A DNA stretch of 64,000 bases from an uncultured Alphaproteobacteria bacterium. GTDB taxonomy: Bacteria; Pseudomonadota; Alphaproteobacteria; Reyranellales; Reyranellaceae. Position numbers and translations under genes: made by a program. Shown one piece after another: positions 1 to 8,937 of this stretch. The stretch covers positions 651,020 to 715,019 of the forward strand of contig CAWFYW010000017.1 in assembly GCA_963820155.1 (NCBI GenBank), in the 5' to 3' direction. The first letter of the stretch is position 1, and every line of letters begins with the position of its first letter. Below the pieces are notes generated by a model. It did not search any database. It had not been told where the DNA came from and saw nothing but the letters and a program-made list of their open reading frames with translations.

Positions 1-1110
1 GGGCCGACCCTGGGCGGCCTGATGATCGAGTACTTTTCCTGGCGCTACGTCTTCTTCATCTCCCTGCCGTTCTGCGTCGTCGCCGCGGCGCTGGGCATGG
101 CCTTCATGCCGACGCGCCCCATCCCGCGCCAGATCCCGCCCTTCGACTGGCTGGGCTTCGCGCTGCTGGGCCTGGCGCTTCTCGGCCTGATGACCGGCAT
201 CGCCGACGGCCAGCGCGAGGGCTGGGCCTCCGACACCATCGTGCTGCGGCTGGTGGCGGGCTTCGCGTCGGCGGTGGGCTTCGTGCTGTGGGAGCTGCAC
301 ACCCCGCGCGCCATGCTCGACGTGCGCATCTTCGCCAACCTGGAATTCTCCGCCACCGCGCTGATCGCCTTCATCTTCGGCGCCGGCATGATGGGCTCGA
401 CCTACATCATCCCGGTGTTCGTCCAGACCATCATCGGCTTCACGCCGCTCTTGGCCGGGCTGATGATGATGCCGGCCGGCATCATGCTCGCCTTCATCTT
501 CCCGCTGGCGGGGCGGATGAGCGACGCCATGCCGGGCGGCACGATGATCATCGGCGGCCTGCTGCTGTTCTCGGCCGGCTTCGCCTGGATGACGACGGCC
601 GACGTCGACACGACGTTCTGGACCCTGGTCGGCATGGTCATGCTCTCGCGCCTGGGGCTGGGCTTCATCAATCCCAGCCTGAACGCCTCCTCGCTGAAGG
701 CGCTGCCGGCCGACAAGGTCCGCCAGGGCGCCGGCGTGGCCAATTTCATGCGCCAGCTCGGCGGCGCCTTCGGCATCAACCTGATGGTGGCCTTCTTCGA
801 GGTGCGCACGCGCTTCCACGCCGATGCGCTGACCGCCACCCAGGACTGGGGCAACGCCACCACCCAGCGCCTGCTGACGCTGGTCGAGCAGCTCATGCAG
901 CGCACCGGCCTGCCCTTCCAGCAGCAGAAGGCCGGCGCCTACGAGTATCTCGGCGCGATCCTGCAGGCCAAGGCGCAGATGCTGGCCTTCTCCGACACCT
1001 TCATCGTGGTCGGCGTGGTGGCGCTCGTGGCTCTCATTCCGGCGGCCATGCTGTCGCGCTCGCAACGCAAGGTGTTCCGGACGACACGGCAGAGCCTGGG
1101 CCGAGCGTAG
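1..1110 (+). CDS. DHA2/EmrB-QacA family MFS efflux transporter (5' truncated by window edge)
   Basis: Frame is open from base 1 (GPTLGGLMIEYFSWRYVFFISLP). Many TM helices and the typical DHA2 C-terminal ALTATQ...QA.MLAFSDTF region. Confidence 0.9.
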   Translation, partial: GPTLGGLMIEYFSWRYVFFISLPFCVVAAALGMAFMPTRPIPRQIPPFDWLGFALLGLALLGLMTGIADGQREGWASDTIVLRLVAGFASAVGFVLWELHTPRAMLDVRIFANLEFSATALIAFIFGAGMMGSTYIIPVFVQTIIGFTPLLAGLMMMPAGIMLAFIFPLAGRMSDAMPGGTMIIGGLLLFSAGFAWMTTADVDTTFWTLVGMVMLSRLGLGFINPSLNASSLKALPADKVRQGAGVANFMRQLGGAFGINLMVAFFEVRTRFHADALTATQDWGNATTQRLLTLVEQLMQRTGLPFQQQKAGAYEYLGAILQAKAQMLAFSDTFIVVGVVALVALIPAAMLSRSQRKVFRTTRQSLGRA

Positions 1111-1253
1111 CGAGGGCGCGGCCTTGACGCGTTACGCGCGCCGCCGCGGACAGCGCGCGCCTGCGCTCTCTGGCGAAAATGTCGCGTCAGATGAAAGGCG
1201 CATTTCAACAAGGCACTGCTAGGGATGTCTCGACGAGAGCTTTCAAGCGGCCC

Positions 1254-2474
1254 ATGAAACTATTCTTCGACGACGCCGAATTCGACGCACAGCTCCAGCG
1301 CACCGCCGCCAAGGTCGCCTGCCGTGCCGCCGACCTCGGTCAGGTGCTGAGCGTCGCCCGCCGCATAACGCCGGGCGACTACGCAAGCTGGTACGCCCAG
1401 TGGTTCGCCGAAGGCCGCAAGGAAACCGAGCTCGCGCGCGCCGAAAGCGCGCGGGGCCACCACCACAACGCCGGCGAGGCGTGGCTGCGCGGCAGCGAGT
1501 ATTTCCGCTCGGCCTATATCTTCGCCCGGCGCTATCCGCAGGGCGCCGCCCTGGTGGCGGCCTGGCGCCGCAGCCGCGACGCCTTCCGCGCGGCGCTGCC
1601 CGCCCTGAGCGCCGTCGAAGGGCCCGCCCTGCCGTTCGCGATCGAGGCGGTGCAGATTCCATGGCGGGACATCCATCTCGAAGGCTATGTCGTGCGCGGG
1701 CGCGCGCAGCACGGCGCGGCCGCTCCGACGGTACTGATGCCCTGTGGCTACGATTCGCCGGTCGAAGAATTCTACTCCCTCGGCGGCTTCGAGGCGGCGC
1801 TGCGCGGCTTCAACGTCGTCGCCTTCTCCGGGCCCGGGCAGGCGGAAATGCTGTACGAACGCGGCATCCCCTTCCGGCCCGACTTCGAGGCCGTGGTCGG
1901 CCGGGTGATCGACTTCGTCGAGCGCATGGCCGGCAGCGGCGGCGGCCTCGACCCTACGCGCATCGCCCTGGTCGGCCGCAGCTTCGCGGGCTACCTCGCG
2001 CCGCGCGCCGCCTCGCGCGAGCCGCGCATCGGCGCGCTCGCGGCCGATCCGGCGCAGACCGACATGGCCGCCGCCTTCGCCAAGCGCTTCCCGCCCGAGT
2101 GGCTCGAGCTGCTCGAGCGCGGCGATCCCGCGCTGAACGACAAGATTTGGCGGGCCTTCCCCGGCATGCACGGTCAGGAATTCTGGCTCTCGCGCATCCG
2201 CGCCCATGGCCTCGCCTCGCCGCTGGAATACTGCCAGGAGATGCGGCGCTGGACCGTCGATGTCGAGGCCATCCGCTGCCCGGCTTTCGTCTCCTACGGC
2301 GAGGGCGACTTCGCCCAGGTCTCGACCGAGGCCTTCTTCGAGCGCCTGCCCAACCCCAACAAGCGGCTGGTCGTGTATCGCGACGCCGACGGCGGCGGCG
2401 GTCATTGCGAAGGCATGGGGCCGAGCCGGTACTTCGCCGACCTCTACGGCTGGCTGCGGGATCTGTGGCCGTAG
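1254..2474 (+). CDS. Alpha/beta hydrolase (2,6-dihydroxypseudooxynicotine hydrolase-like family)
   Basis: Nucleophile elbow GRSFAG, C-terminal GGGHCE (catalytic His), GYDS motif, N-terminal MKLFFDDAEFDAQLQR typical of this family. Confidence 0.8.
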   Translation: MKLFFDDAEFDAQLQRTAAKVACRAADLGQVLSVARRITPGDYASWYAQWFAEGRKETELARAESARGHHHNAGEAWLRGSEYFRSAYIFARRYPQGAALVAAWRRSRDAFRAALPALSAVEGPALPFAIEAVQIPWRDIHLEGYVVRGRAQHGAAAPTVLMPCGYDSPVEEFYSLGGFEAALRGFNVVAFSGPGQAEMLYERGIPFRPDFEAVVGRVIDFVERMAGSGGGLDPTRIALVGRSFAGYLAPRAASREPRIGALAADPAQTDMAAAFAKRFPPEWLELLERGDPALNDKIWRAFPGMHGQEFWLSRIRAHGLASPLEYCQEMRRWTVDVEAIRCPAFVSYGEGDFAQVSTEAFFERLPNPNKRLVVYRDADGGGGHCEGMGPSRYFADLYGWLRDLWP

Positions 2475-2763
2475 TCTTGTTGGCGACCTCGCTGAAGCAA
2501 GCTGCTGGCGAGTGGACACATTGCCCAAGCAAGCTCCTCTCCCCCGCTAGGGGCAGTGGTTGGGCGGGGGGATGCGCACGTCGCTGCCACTTATGTTGTC
2601 CGCGCCTTATGACCTCTCCAGACGAGAGGAGCTGATCGCCTGGCTCACAAGACGAGCGACCGCGGCACGGAAAACGTTCTTGCCGATCTTGGGCTTGCTG
2701 GGAAGCTCATTGCCAAGACGATCTGGCGGGGGAAGAGGATCTGGGCTTGAGGGACGAGGGCGT

Positions 2764-3378
2764 CTATTTCGCAGCGATGCCGCGCAGCACGAGCTTGAGC
2801 CCGCTCAGGAACTCGGCCTCGGGCGAGATCCGGCGGGCGCTCCTGGCGGTCTCGGCGAGCAGCGGGAAGTCGTCGCGCGGCAGCGCCGCGATCGCCTCGG
2901 TGCCCTTTCCGCCGAGGGGGCCGAGATGCTCGAGCTGCACGGCGCCGAACACGTAGGCGACGATCGTTCGGAACGCGATCGCGCGGCGCTCGCCGGCGAA
3001 CCCTGCCTCGGCCAGTACGCCCAGCAGCGCTTCGCCCCAGCGCAGCGAATGGATCGAAGCATGGCGGTGCGCCAGGAGGAGTGGTGTCGCCGCAGGATGC
3101 GCCGTCGCCGCGGCGTGAGCGCGCTGGGCGAGCGCGGTCGCCTTGTCGACCCAGCTCTTGTGCCGGCTGACATCGAGATCGAGCCCCTCCAGCACGAGAT
3201 CGACCACCAGCGCTTCGAGCTGCTCGCGGCTCTGCACATAGCGGTAGAGCGACATGGTGCCCATGCCGAGCTCTTCGGCGACGGCGCGCATCGACAGGCC
3301 GAACGCGCCGTCGCGCTCGATCACCGCGAGCGCGGCCTTGGCAAGGCGGGCAGGGGTGAGGGAGCGCGGCCTAGGCAT
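2764..3378 (-). CDS. TetR family transcriptional regulator (TetR_C type)
   Basis: HTH LSMRAVAEELGMGTMSLYRYV; C-terminal FLSGLKLVLRGI. Confidence 0.9.
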   Translation of the reverse strand: MPRPRSLTPARLAKAALAVIERDGAFGLSMRAVAEELGMGTMSLYRYVQSREQLEALVVDLVLEGLDLDVSRHKSWVDKATALAQRAHAAATAHPAATPLLLAHRHASIHSLRWGEALLGVLAEAGFAGERRAIAFRTIVAYVFGAVQLEHLGPLGGKGTEAIAALPRDDFPLLAETARSARRISPEAEFLSGLKLVLRGIAAK

Positions 3379-3402
3379 GGTCGATGGCGGGCATGGTTGA
3401 CA

Positions 3403-3417
3403 GCGTACACGATACGC
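3403..3417. promoter_or_regulatory. Putative TetR operator 1 (GCGTA-N5-TACGC), directly after TTGACA at 3397-3402
   Basis: Perfect inverted repeat gcgta-cacga-tacgc in the tetR/ahpC divergent intergenic region. Confidence 0.6.
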
Positions 3418-3433
3418 CTTACATCTAAAATAA

Positions 3434-3448
3434 GAGTATGATGTACGC
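3434..3448. promoter_or_regulatory. Putative TetR operator 2 (GAGTA-N5-TACGC)
   Basis: Second copy of the same 15-bp motif with one mismatch, 31 bp downstream of operator 1. Confidence 0.5.
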
Positions 3449-3468
3449 CTAAATCCGCGAGGCCCGAC

Positions 3469-4137
3469 ATGCCCAATGGCCGTCCGATCTCCGCCGGTTC
3501 GCCCCTCCGGCCCTTCGTGCTGGAGGACATCGCGGGCCGCCGCGTCCGCATCCCGCAGGCCCCGGAACAGGGCCAGGCGCGGGAGCCGCCGCTGGTCCAT
3601 CTGCAGTTCCGCCGCTTCGCCGGCTGTCCGGTCTGCCATCTCCATCTGCGGTCTTTCGTCGGCCGCCGCCGCGAACTCGAGGCGGCCGGGGTCTGCGAGG
3701 TCGTGCTGTTCCACAGCGCCGCCGAGGAGTTGCGGCCCCATGCGGCGGATTTCCCCTTTGCGCTCGTCGCCGATCCCGACAAGCGCCTCTACGCCCGGTT
3801 CGGCGTGACCGCCTCGCCGCGCGCGCTGCTCGACCCGCGCGCCTGGCTGCCCATCCTGCGGGCGATCGCCTTCGCGCTCGGCGGCCTGCTCGCCGGGACC
3901 GTGCGCGCGCCCGGCCTCAATCCGCGCGGCGGGCGCCTCGGCCTTCCCGCTGACTTCCTGATCGCGCCGGACGGCTCCGGGAACGGGCCGATGGAGGGGC
4001 GTGTCATCGCCTGCAAGTACGGCGCCCATGTCGACGATCACTGGTCCGTCGACGACGTCCTGGCGCAGGCTCGGGCGTGGCACGTTCGCCAGGAAGGATT
4101 GCGCCTTGAAGCCCTGCCGGCATCGGCCGCAGTTTGA
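3469..4137 (+). CDS. AhpC/TSA (peroxiredoxin-like) redoxin family protein
   Basis: LQFRRFAGCPVCHLHLR (CxxC), FALVADPDKRLYARFGV, LGLPADFLI, KYGAHVDDHWSVD. Confidence 0.85.
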   Translation: MPNGRPISAGSPLRPFVLEDIAGRRVRIPQAPEQGQAREPPLVHLQFRRFAGCPVCHLHLRSFVGRRRELEAAGVCEVVLFHSAAEELRPHAADFPFALVADPDKRLYARFGVTASPRALLDPRAWLPILRAIAFALGGLLAGTVRAPGLNPRGGRLGLPADFLIAPDGSGNGPMEGRVIACKYGAHVDDHWSVDDVLAQARAWHVRQEGLRLEALPASAAV

Positions 4138-4278
4138 CGGCACTGCTGTCAAACGAGCCATCTCACGGCGCGCACGCTTCCTTCGGTCAGAAAAATTTTC
4201 TGGTCCTTTACGGCACCCAAAAAGTCGAGAGGCAGGCCCCGGCCAAAGGACAGATGCCAAAAAGGCCTATTGAACGGC

Positions 4279-4408
4279 CCTGCCCATTCCCAACAAGCGG
4301 CTGGTCATGTACCGCGACGCCGATGGCAGCGGCGGCCACGGCGGAGGCATGGGACCGACGCGGTACTTCTCGCATCTGTCCGGGTCGCTGCATCATCTGT
4401 GGCCGTAG
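4279..4408 (+). pseudogene. Degenerate 130-bp copy of the 3' end of the hydrolase gene (2345-2474)
   Basis: Ungapped manual alignment gives 106/130 identity and ends on the same ...CTGTGGCCGTAG stop. Translates LPIPNKRLVMYRDADGSGGH versus LPNPNKRLVVYRDADGGGGH. Confidence 0.85.
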
Positions 4409-4750
4409 CTGCAGAAGCAGAGAAGCTTCACGCCGCCTCGCCTTTCTTCGGCACGCCGCCGCTCGGTCACCAACGTTTCACCACCAATGCTTGCCGGCCG
4501 GGCCGAACCACGCTGGCGAGTCCCTGACAACGCGAGCGAAAGCCCCAGAACACCGTACGGTCGAAACGGCCGAGCCCGCCGGTGAAAAAATCTTGCGCCG
4601 TACGGTACGCAAAAACTCTGAAGGGGCCCGGGCTTGCCCGAACGCCTTGCGTAGAGCCCGCGTCGCTCTACTCTGTCAGAATACAACTGACGATAGGTTG
4701 AAGCAGAAGGCGCGCTTCGGTATTTTCTCTCCATAAGCCCGGCCGCCATC

Positions 4751-4810
4751 GATAAACTTTAGTTTTATACCATATGAACTTGACATATACTTAAGAGATG
4801 ATTATCTACC
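4751..4810 (+). promoter_or_regulatory. AT-rich promoter region upstream of the SLT gene (TTGACA at 4780-4785)
   Basis: 16/60 G+C (27%) in a high-GC background. Perfect -35 hexamer but only a weak -10. Confidence 0.4.
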
Positions 4811-4869
4811 CTGAGAGGCCGCTCCTTTTTGCTCCCGTGAAGAGCAGAGCTGGCCCGCGGAGACTTCGT

Positions 4870-6117
4870 ATGGTCAATCCATTCTCTCGAACCAGGACGC
4901 CGGGCTTCAATGTCAGGCCGCAGGACGACCTGCCGGGCTTTCGCCTCGACCCTGAGCAGGAGGTCCCCGGCTTCGACGTCGACGACAACGGCCTGCCACG
5001 ACCTCGTTCCTTCGCCGATTCCCAAAGCTCGGTGCAGCCGGCGCTGGCGCAGGCAACGGTGGATCCGTTTGCCCCCGACTGGCTACGCAGGCTGTTGGCG
5101 CTGCCGCAGCCTCCCGCGTGGATGCCGCCCGGGCTGCGTTGGCCGCCGGCGCGGAACCTTCCGGTCGGGCCAACGGACACGACTGCGACACCGCCCGAGC
5201 CGGACGAACCCGCCGCCGCTTTCCGAGGGAGCGATCCGGACGAGACCAACAGCGCCGCCGCCTCAGCCCGGGATGACGGTCAGTTCCATCCGCAGGCTGG
5301 CGTCTCCGGTCCCTGGGTCCGCTCGACCGGCGCGCCGCCTCTTCCGGCCACCCCCTCGTCCGCGGACCCGAACTTCGTCCTCGCCAACGCGGACGACGAT
5401 GGCGTGGAGGAGGCGCAGCGCCAGGCACAGCCCCAGACAAGGCCGGCGGCGCCGTCGCGTCCGGGACAGGGCAGGACGCCTCCTGCGCCTGGTCCGCAAA
5501 CACCCAGCATGGAAATGACCGAATCCGAACGCCAGCGCGAGCAGGCATTCGCCGATCTCAAAAATCTGTGGCGGCATCAGACGACTTGGGACCGCATCAT
5601 TCGGACTGCGCCTCCGCCCGACGACCCGAACTACAAGGTCCCGAACCAGCTGCCCGACACCTGGGAGGAATTCCTCGGGGGAATCGATCCGCGCTACCCC
5701 GTATGGACGCGCGCCGCGGGAGAGCACTACAACATCCCGCCGGAACTGCTCGCCCGGCTGATCTATCAGGAATTGAAGTACAACAAGAACGCGGCGAACG
5801 GCGCGGCATTGGGCATCGCGCAACTGACGCCCGGCGCGGTCAAGTCGGTGGGCCGCGATCCACGCACGTTCGACTATCACGACCCGCAGGCTTCGATCGA
5901 TGCCGCCGCTGCCTACCTCGCGCAGCAATATCGACAGTTCAAGGATTGGCCGAAGGCGGTTGCCGCCTACAATGTCGGAGCCGGGCGGATCCGGGGCTGG
6001 CTCCGAGGCAAGGGAGAAGATCCGTCCGCGAAAGAGCAGCAACCGCAGTGGTGGCGGGAGATGAATGCCCATCTCCAGCAGGTCTTCCGCGGCCGGCCGG
6101 ATTATTTCGACAAGTAG
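4870..6117 (+). CDS. Lytic transglycosylase (SLT domain) with long Pro-rich N-terminus and three 11-aa PGF repeats
   Basis: C-terminal SLT motifs LLARLIYQE(L), GIAQL, AVAAYNVG. GGAGA RBS before ATG 4870. No signal peptide visible. Confidence 0.85.
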   Translation: MVNPFSRTRTPGFNVRPQDDLPGFRLDPEQEVPGFDVDDNGLPRPRSFADSQSSVQPALAQATVDPFAPDWLRRLLALPQPPAWMPPGLRWPPARNLPVGPTDTTATPPEPDEPAAAFRGSDPDETNSAAASARDDGQFHPQAGVSGPWVRSTGAPPLPATPSSADPNFVLANADDDGVEEAQRQAQPQTRPAAPSRPGQGRTPPAPGPQTPSMEMTESERQREQAFADLKNLWRHQTTWDRIIRTAPPPDDPNYKVPNQLPDTWEEFLGGIDPRYPVWTRAAGEHYNIPPELLARLIYQELKYNKNAANGAALGIAQLTPGAVKSVGRDPRTFDYHDPQASIDAAAAYLAQQYRQFKDWPKAVAAYNVGAGRIRGWLRGKGEDPSAKEQQPQWWREMNAHLQQVFRGRPDYFDK

Positions 6118-6148
6118 CGTCGCTCACGCTCCAGGAGGAAGCCGCGCC

Positions 6149-7148
6149 GTGTTCCACCGCATCGTGCTACGGGCGACAATGACTGCTCTCGCGCTCGTTC
6201 TGCTCATGCTCGCTGCCCCTGCGTCGCATGCAAACTTCGATAGTTGGGACATATACAACTACGTCAAGGAGGACCAGGGGACGTGGGCGGCCTACTACCG
6301 AAGCCACGCTCGCGTCCGGCTGGGCCCCGAGCAGCGGCTGCCCAACGGCGTCAGTTGGCGCCTGCACACCGATGTCGGCACCGGGCTCGCCATGCCGCGC
6401 ATAACCTGGATGCCGGACGCCCGGAGGATGCGGACGGCGAACGCCCTGTTCGACATGGCCCAGGGCGCCGCCATGCTGGTCTCCCGCGCCGCCGGCCGGG
6501 AGCTCGATGAGGAGCAGGCCCGGCTTCGTCTCGACGCAAAGCCCATATTTCAACACGGCAAGCCCGTCGTCCAAACGGATGTCGGGCTGACCTATGCGAC
6601 GTCGAACCTGGTGAGCTTCATCGATCTTGGCTACATCGTCCACGAAGAAGGCAACGGCACCTGGAACATCACCCGCGGGCTGACGTTCGATCTCGCGGCC
6701 AGGCACGTATTCGGCATCGAAGCCTGTCCCGACAGCGACATCCCTTATACCGGCCTCCAGTATACGGTCACGAAGCTGGGCCTCAGGGAGCCGAGAAACT
6801 ATCTGTTCCAATTCGGACCCTTGCGGGTCTGCACTGCCGAGGCATACGAAAAATTCGTCGATGCTGCTGAAGCGCAGGGCGGCCCTGGCTGCTGAACAGG
6901 CTGCCGCAAGCAAGGATCCGCTCGTCCCGCTCTGCGGCGAGACGTCCGATCACGGAAACATCGCCAAGGACCAGGAGATCGTCCTCTACCTGACTTTCAA
7001 GGGCCTCGCCGTGCACAACACCGAATACTGGCCCAGCGCGAGCCGTGGCCCCTGCGTCCTCACCAGAAACTCCGTCAATCCGGTCATCCTTCCCTATCGG
7101 GAGCTCGAGCCCTTCATGGTGCCGGACCGTGGCGCGACGAGCTCCTGA
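6149..7148 (+). CDS. Secreted DUF3298/DUF4163 (RsiV/PdaC-like) protein, one frameshift near 6860; candidate immunity protein
   Basis: AGGAGG RBS, GTG start, signal peptide ...LLMLAAPASHA|NF. GLTFDLAARHVF and LYLTFKGLAVHNTEY..P.A.RG...VILPYRELEPF resemble the DUF3298 pattern. Two overlapping ORFs (6065-6895, 6861-7148) join into one protein. Confidence 0.55.
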
Positions 7149-7285
7149 AGCTGCCGTGAATGCGCTCCAGGGCGGTGCGGCTCAAATGACCGGCGGAAAC
7201 GCCGGAAGGGGCGCTAACCTACAAGTTGCGCAGAGCACCCGCCGACGGCGAGGCGCTCGAGCTCATGCCGGACACTCGTTCTTGG

Positions 7286-7313
7286 CAGTTTTGCTGAATG
7301 GTGCGCAAAACTG
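7286..7313. terminator. Inverted repeat between convergent genes
   Basis: cagttttgc-N10-gcaaaactg, perfect 9-bp stem. Confidence 0.45.
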
Positions 7314-7322
7314 GACAAGCCT

Positions 7323-8879
7323 CTACACGATGCGGCTCGTCCTGTTGCCCCAGTAGCGATCGCGCAGCAGGCGCTTGTAGAGCTTGCCGGTCGGCAGGCG
7401 CGGCAGCTCGGCCTCGAAGTCGACCGAGCGCGGCACCTTCTGTCGCGCAAGATGCCGACCGCAGAAGGCGATCAGTTCTTCGGCGGTTTCCGGCCCCGGC
7501 GGGATGCCCGGCATGAGCTGCACCACCGCCTTCACCTCCTCGCCGAGGTCGGCGTTGGGCACGCCGAACACGGCGGCGTCGGCCACCTTGGGATGGGTGA
7601 TCAGGAGGTTCTCGCATTCCTGCGGGTAGATGTTCACGCCGCCCGAGATGATCATGAAGGTCGCGCGGTCGGTGAGGTGGAGATAGCCGTCCTGGTCGAC
7701 ATAGCCGACGTCGCCCACCGTGCTCATGCGGCCGTCCGGCGACCGCGCCTCGGCGGTCTTCTGCGGATCGTTGAAATATTCGAAGGGCGTCGCCGTCTCG
7801 AACCACAGCGTGCCGGGCGTGCCCATCGGCAGCTCGTTCATCGCGTCGTCCAGCACGTGCAGCTTGCCCAGCAGCACGCGGCCCACCGTGCCCTTGTGCG
7901 CCAGCCACTCCTCGCTGAATTGCAGGCGGTGAAGCCCAGCCCCTCGGTGGCGCCGTAATATTCGTGGATGATCGGCCCCCACCACTCGATCATCTGCTCC
8001 TTGACCTGGACCGGGCAGGGCGCCGCCGCATGGATGGCGATCTCGAGCGAGGAGAGGTCGTGCTTCGCGCACGCGTCGACTCGGGCAGCTTGAGCAGGCG
8101 CGAGAACATGGTCGGCACGAGCTGGCTGTGCGTCACGTGGTGCTTCTCGACGAGCTGCAGGTAATGCTCGGCGTCGAAGCGTTCCATGATGACGGCCGTG
8201 CCGCCCTTGCGGATGGTGAGCCCGACCGCCGCCTGCGGCGCCGAATGATAGAGCGGCGCCGGCGACAGGTAGATCATGCCCTCGCGGTACTGCCAGAGCT
8301 TCTCCAGGAAGTCGAAGATCGGCAGCTGCTGCGCCGGCGGCTGCTCGGGCAGCGGTCGCAGGATGCCCTTGGGGCGGCCCGTGGTCCCCGAGGAGTAGAG
8401 CATGGCGGTGCCCAGCGACTCGTCGGCGATGCGGCGTCGACGGCAGGCCGGCCGTCGCCTGGTCGAGATTGAGGATGCGGTCGCCGTCGCCCGGCCCGTC
8501 GACGATCAGGCAGAGCTCGATCCCGGGACAGAGCGGCAGCGCCGCCAGCGCCACGTCGCGCTTGGCCTGCGAGGTGATCAGCACCTTCGACTGGCTGTTG
8601 TTCAGGATGTAGGCGAGCTCCTCGGCCGTCAGGAAGGAGTTCACGCACGTGTAATAATGGCCGGCCCGCTCGCCCGCCGCGCAGCATTCGACGTAGCGCG
8701 CGTTGTTCTCCATGTAGATCGAGTAGTGGTCGAGTCGCGCCGAGGCCGCGGGCGCGCAGCAGATGCGCCAGCCGGTTGCTGCGCGCTTCGAGCTCGCCGT
8801 AGGTGATCGTCTCGCCGGTCCCGGCCATGATCACGGCCGGATGCGTCGCGCGCGACGCGGCATGTTTGCCCGGATACAT
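7323..8879 (-). CDS. Acyl-CoA synthetase / AMP-dependent ligase, about 4 frameshifts (near 8740, 8431, 8070, 7918)
   Basis: AMP-binding motif MLYSSGTTGRPKG, EYYGATEG, IISGGVNIYPQE, LPTGKLYKR, spread across 3 frames. GGAGG RBS. Confidence 0.85.
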
Positions 8880-8937
8880 TTTGTTTCCTCCGCGCCGACT
8901 ATAGACGCCGTAACGGGCCTGCGCCAAAGTCCGCGCC

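Noticed and set aside
2610-2745. Minus-strand LFPRQIVL/NELPSKPKIGK, faintly like an acyl-CoA ligase C-terminus
   Set aside because: It needs a frameshift, is very short and the similarity could be chance.
4596-4610. gcgccgtacggtacgc as a third TetR operator
   Set aside because: Only the right half (TACGC) fits. The left half and spacing do not match GCGTA-N5-TACGC.
4134-4749. ORFs 4134-4736 (+) and 4393-4749 (-) as genes
   Set aside because: No recognisable domain or RBS and atypical composition. The first is an off-frame read through the hydrolase relic.
6855-6870. Programmed frameshift in the RsiV-like gene or other broken genes
   Set aside because: No slippery heptamer or stimulatory structure is visible, and indels are widespread across unrelated genes.
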